This document shows, in pieces, positions 37,260 through 42,812 of a DNA stretch of 42,812 nt (positions within the stretch are counted from its first letter, which is position 1; every line of letters begins with the position of its first letter). A program made the translations under genes and the position numbers. A model generated the notes under the pieces. The model was not told the DNA's origin, searched no databases, and saw only the letters and a program-made list of their open reading frames with translations. Origin of the DNA: Azolla caroliniana. Taxonomy: Eukaryota; Plantae; Polypodiophyta. The stretch covers positions 1 to 42,812 of the forward strand of contig JBHGNT010000269.1 in NCBI GenBank assembly GCA_043228905.1, read 5' to 3'.

Positions 37260-37637
37260 ATATACATACATACATACATACATACATACATACACACACA
37301 CATATACATACTCATACATACATATACATACACATACACACATACATATACACACATACATACATACACATACATATAGATACATACACACATACATACA
37401 TGCATACATACATATACATGCATGCATGCATATATACATACATACATATACATGCATGCATACATACATACATACATACATACATACTCTGTTTCTAAGA
37501 AAACCTTCAGGACTGACTGTGATATACATACATACATACATACATACATACATACATACTCTGTTTCTAAGAAAAACTTCAGGACTGACTGTGTGTGAGA
37601 GAGAGAGAGATAAAAAAATATACTCTGTTTCTTAGGA
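37260..37637. repeat. (TACA)n-type microsatellite with an embedded ~37-bp duplicated unit
   Basis: tactctgtttctaagaaaa.cttcaggactgactgtg at ~37485 and ~37557; partial third copy at 37621. Confidence 0.9.
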
Positions 37638-38219
37638 TTGAAAGCTTCATACTTCTGAAGTTCTCTCTGTGTGTGTGTGTGTGTATGTGTGCGTTCTTCT
37701 TCTTCTTCTTCTTCTTCTTAACAATCACAACCACCCAACATCTGCCTTATTTCTCCATGCCCATTGCTACTTCATAGCTTTCTTCTGCTTCTTTGAGACC
37801 TGAGGTAGAAGGAAGATCATCCACTCGTATTAATCCCCTTGTTTATTTTCTTCTTCTTCTCTCTCTCTCTCTCCCCCTCTGCCATGGTCTTCTTCCCCAG
37901 TTGAAGCACAACCAAGGAAAGGTAGACAGACTGGAAGGAATACACTCTGCAATCTAATTTCATTCCCCCCTTTCTTCAAAGCTTACCCGGTTACTCTGTT
38001 TGTAAAAGGATGGCTCTTCATTGACATTTTCTGCTTGGCAAGAAGATCTACCAAAATTTCCATTCAGTGAGAGAGAGAGAGAGAGAAAGAAAGAGAGATG
38101 ATCTGCAACGAGAGGAGAATAGAAGAAGATAATCCCTGAGAAGAATTATTTTTTTTCCCTTCTAGTTTGTGTTATCTATCTATACTTTCCTATCTTTTTA
38201 TATCTATCTATATAGAGAT

Positions 38220-41200
38220 ATGAAGCATGAAAGAGAAGACAATACTGATGCTGGTCCTGCCTCTAAACGACTTCGCGTGGAAGAGTAAGAGTTTTTCTTT
38301 CTGTTTCTAAGCCCTGGGTTTTCCTTACGTTTTACCTCTTGATTCCTTTTCGTTTTCCGAGGTCTCAAGATTTCAAAGAGAATCTTGCTTTGTTTTGGAA
38401 ATTGGCTGATTTTCATTGGTTCGGTATTATCAAATGGTTTCGTGCTGATTTCTTTGCTTTGTTAATCTCAAAATGTTTAGGGGAAAGCATGATTTACCAA
38501 GAGTAATCAAGTGTTTGCCATTAACTTTGTTTTATAAATCTCAAGATTTCATGAGAAAATATTGCTTTTTTTTGAAATTTGGCTGAGTTTCGGAAATTTC
38601 GTGATATAGATTAAGAAGCATTATGTATATATGTCTATGGTAATCATGATTGAGTAATTTTTTCCTGTTTCTAATTTTGTAAATCTCGTTCTCTTTTACA
38701 CTCTGGTTGAATTTCAGAATCTGTATGATGTCTCTGAAGAAGCTATCTATGCATATTTATTGTATACCTGATCGAGTTTTTGTTTCTGTTCTTTATTTTT
38801 GCAAATCTCAAGATCTGGTTGAGTTTCAGAATCTCTATGATTTGAATGAAGAAGCTATTGTAAGCAGGATCAAGTGCTTTTCTCTGGATTTTATTGTAAA
38901 TCACAATTTTTATTTGAATATTTATGGCATGCATTTAGGAGCTATTGCGATGCTTCTATGGTAAGCATGGTCAAGTGTTTTCAATGATTTTGGATGTTGT
39001 TTGGAATTTCATTATTTCATTAGAAAAGCATGGTTGTTAAAATTTGTTAATCTTTATGGCATGAATTAAGAAGCTATTGGTATATTTATATCAAGCATAG
39101 CCTTTGGTGTTGGTGGTGCTTGTGGTTCTCTTGATTCCAAAAGAAATGATTGCTTTATTTTGAATGTTGATTTGAGTTTGAGAATCTTTACCATGTGACT
39201 AAGATGAACTATTAGGTAACATGCACTCAAATGCTTGCTACTGCTTTCTTGTTAAATCTCAAGATTTCAAGAGAAAGGATTGAAATTCGTTTTGAGTTTC
39301 AGAATTGTTATTTCGTGATTTAAATAGTACACATGCCCAATGTAGGTTTTGAATTTATGACGGGAATTAAGAAGTTACTAATATATGTCTATATAAACAT
39401 GATCAAATTATGTGAACATGTTTGTCATGCCTAGGCGACTTTCTGAATCTTTATAATGGGAGTGTAGAGGCTACAACCTGCCCATGGCTTGCATGATCAT
39501 GATCTAAATGTGATGGAAAACAGGTCTAATCAGCAAGGACAAGCCCAAAGATTGACTCCAAATGACGCCCTTGGATACCTTAGAGCAGTGAAAGAGATGT
39601 TCCGAGACAATAAAGGGAAGTATGACGAGTTCCTCGTCGTCATGAAAGACTTCAAAGCTCAAAGGTAAGAACTTGTCTGTTAGAGAGATCTTAGGTTTGA
39701 TATCTTACATCATTTTTCTGTGATGTTGATTCTTTGCAGAATCGATACAGATGGAGTAATAGTAAGAGTAAAAGAGCTTTTTAAAGGTCACCGTGACCTT
39801 ATCTTAGGCTTCAATACTTTTCTTCCAAAAGGTTATGAGATAACGCTTGAAGAAGGTCCGAAACGGCAGCCAGTGGAATTTCATCAGGCCATTAACTATG
39901 TAAATAAGATCAAGGTACCACCTGGATTATTTTCTAGATGTTGGAACACACATTGGCTATGTAAATAAGATCAACATGCCTCTGCATGCCTTTTGTATGC
40001 ACTAAATCATATAATCATTTTCTTTGTTTGATGACCTATGTGGAGCTATTGTATTTTTTCCAGTTTAGGTTTCAACATGATGAGACAGTTTATAAAGCAT
40101 TTTTGGAAATCTTGAATATGTATCGTAAAGGTAGCAAATCAATAAGTGAAGTGTATAAAGAGGTATGCTGTATTTATTTTACTATAGTTTTGTGCTCTAT
40201 CAAATGTAGTACCAGATTTGGTATAGAACAGACATATTCCTATACTCATTTCAATAGGATTGGGTACCAGGTTTCTATAATATTTAAAGAACATGCAGAT
40301 CTTCTGGAAGAATTTGCATGCTTCCTTCCAGATACTAATGGCTACGTAAAGCCCCATTCTAAAGTTCAGGATGACTCAATTTTACCTCACAAACCACAGC
40401 TTGAAAGGGCTATTAAGGTATTCCTTTCATCTCTACATGATACTAATTTACTGACAATGTGCAAGGCGTAATTTAAGTGGTTTTTGTGTCTAAAACTAGA
40501 GAGAGGCAGTTGAAGCTTTACCTGAAGATGAATGTAGCTCAGAAAGACCTGATACACATAATCCTGGTGCTATTAAGAGCAATAAAGATCAGCACAAGAA
40601 GCTACAAACAGAACCACACGGAATTGAAAGAAAGCATAAGACGTATCCAGAAGATCAGCAGCCTAACAAATGTAAATCTACGAGAATAGCAAATGATGCG
40701 ACTTGTACATTAGAGAGTGTTAAAGGAGATCCATGTGTTGGAAACAGTGCTGCCTGTCCTTCAGCTGAAAAGAAACTCTTGAAATGTAAGCATTCTATGC
40801 ATCACTCGAATGCCTTGTTTTTAATTCTGAAGACATCTGATTTTGAGCTCTAATGTCTCAGCTGTGCAAAAGCAACATGGTTTCTTTGAGCTGGTGAAGG
40901 ATACATTACAAAATGCAGAAACTTATCAAGAATTCCTGAAGTGCCTAAAGCTCTATAGTGAAGAAATAATTACACGAGAGCGATTGAATTACCTGGTTTG
41001 TGTTCTCTTTTATGCATAAATAATTAAAATTTTTATGGGATGGTTAGTCCAGTGGTCTGGGTGCTTGCTTTGTAAGCCAAAAATCAGGAGATCACATCCA
41101 ACTTTTGTTTGCCACAAATAGCTCATTAAGAGAAAAAACTTCCTACGTTGACTTTGTAGTAATGTTTTACCATCTCCAGGTTGATAAAATGTTCCTGAAG

Positions 41201-41390
41201 TTTCCAGATTTAATTAAAGGCTTCAACGATTTTTTGAGACATTGTGAATTGAATGGTAAGAAAACAGATTTTTGAGTTCATGTAGGCTCCTATATATCAA
41301 TACTCATTCATATTGCTTTTTTCTTGGCAGATGGATATCTTGCAAACATTGTTCATAAAAGTAAGTTCAGAGATGATGATGTGTGTGTGC

Positions 41391-41445
<55 letters not shown>

Positions 41446-42255
41446 GTTGGATGAAATTTGACACCAGGTGATGGATCTAATCTAGTTGCAAAAGAGTGGA
41501 AATGGGACAAAGATGCTGTTGATAAAAACAAAGGGGATGCAGGACAAGGTATGGAGAAAAAGAAAGAAACCGACAAACATCCTTTGAGGATTTCCAATAC
41601 CACCAGTGGAAACAAGTATATGATGAAACCAATTTCTGAGCTAGATTTAACTGAGTGCAAGCAGTGTACTCCTAGTTACAGGCTTCTACCAGAGAATGTA
41701 TGTTCCCTCAAAAATGAATTTGTTCTCACTTACGCTATTTCAAATGCATTGGCTGTCATTAATATTGACTTAAAAGTAAATACTTGCAGTATCCAATACC
41801 TAAGGTCAGCTGTCGGACAGCTGTAGGAAATATTGTGCTCAATGATTCCTGGGTGTCAGTTACTTCTGGAAGTGAAGAAGCTCCTTTCAAGCATATGCGC
41901 AAGAATCAGTATGAAGAAAGCTTGTTTCGATGTGAAGATGATAGGTAGTTTTTTTAATTCTTAATATAAGCTCTCTTAGTTTAAATATTATTCAAAGATA
42001 TAATTGTTATGATATGAACTTATGTGGTGGATGTAAAAATATATCCATGAACCCAATATACATAGGTTTGAGCTTGACATGCTTGTGGAATCTACTGGTG
42101 TCACAACAAGGCGCTTAGAAGAGTTAATGAAAAGGATGCAAGATGAAAACATTAAAGAACAAATTAGTATTGATGAATATCTAACAGGTACTTGCTTGTT
42201 TGAGAACCTAGATGCAATGCATATTGTAAGCTGTGTTGGCCATGATGTCATTAGG

Positions 42256-42286
<31 letters not shown>

Positions 42287-42578
42287 TCTTCCTTCCACTT
42301 ATATCTATTTCACTATTTCCCAGCTATTCAGCTCCGCTGTATTGAACGCATTTATGGAGATCATGGTCTTGATGTTCTCGAGCTGCTGCGCAAAAATCTG
42401 ACAGTGGCATTACCCATTGTGATGAATCGTCTAAAACAGAAGCAAGATGAGTGGTTAAAATGTCGGGCAGATATGAACAAAGTTTGGGCTGAAGTCTATG
42501 CCAAGAACTACCACAAGTCACTCGATCACCGCAGCTTTCATTTCAAACAGCAAGATAAAAAGCGTTTGTGTGCGAAAG
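38220..42578 (+). CDS. SIN3: Paired amphipathic helix protein Sin3-like (SNL) co-repressor; first 13 coding exons, 3' end outside the window
   Basis: GT-AG exons 38220-38284, 39524-39664, 39740-39914, 40064-40162, 40271-40417, 40500-40785, 40862-40995, 41180-41255, 41331-41360, 41468-41697, 41790-41944, 42066-42187, 42324-42578 join in frame. PAH1 ([18 protein letters not shown]...[13 protein letters not shown]), PAH2 ([14 protein letters not shown]), PAH3 (YQEFLKCL) and HID (CTPSYRLLP...[26 protein letters not shown]...[10 protein letters not shown]). Confidence 0.95.
41380..41444. repeat. Compound microsatellite (GT)n(GA)n in a SIN3 intron
   Basis: Directly visible. Confidence 0.95.
42256..42283. 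repeat. (TA)n microsatellite in a SIN3 intron
   Basis: Directly visible. Confidence 0.95.
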
Positions 42579-42812
42579 GTGATAAAAGACATATAGATAA
42601 AGCTTATCTGCACACATTCATATCTAAATTAAATGATAGAGGAGAGCTATCATACAAGGTCAAAGCATATTAAATGTCAATATAATGGGAATCTGAATGT
42701 GCATATGCTCCATATCCTATATGATCATGTGTTCCATCTGGGGATTATCTATCTATTTATCTTGATTAAACTATGGGAGAGCTGTGAGGAAACTGGTGAA
42801 CACAAATCTTCT

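Noticed and set aside
37213-37635. His/Thr/Tyr- and Met/Tyr/Val/Cys-rich ORFs (similar low-complexity ORFs at 477-701 and 1102-1326)
   Set aside because: Translations of microsatellites.

Overview
Eukaryotic nuclear DNA from a land plant, probably a non-seed plant (fern, lycophyte or bryophyte; inferred from the Tcn1-like chromovirus and the Gypsy/LINE families). Two spliced host genes on the + strand bracket about 32 kb of nested, decayed transposons. The first is a complete 11-exon TRM7/FtsJ tRNA 2'-O-methyltransferase (908-5549, 309 aa). The second is the first 13 coding exons of a SIN3-like co-repressor (from 38220, running off the window). Between them lie a full-length degenerate L1 LINE inserted antiparallel into an older LINE, a spliced pseudogene with a RING-like zinc finger, Copia, Gypsy and hAT remnants, and a young chromovirus deletion derivative with an 88-bp inversion in one LTR. 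One intron of the pseudogene is a palindromic satellite carrying a mitochondrial 26S rRNA fragment. The most unusual recurring signal is a tRNA-like A-box/B-box cassette inside several ~750-bp solo-LTR-like elements, plus a convergent tRNA-like pair inside a (GA)n microsatellite. All calls were made by eye, without database searches.
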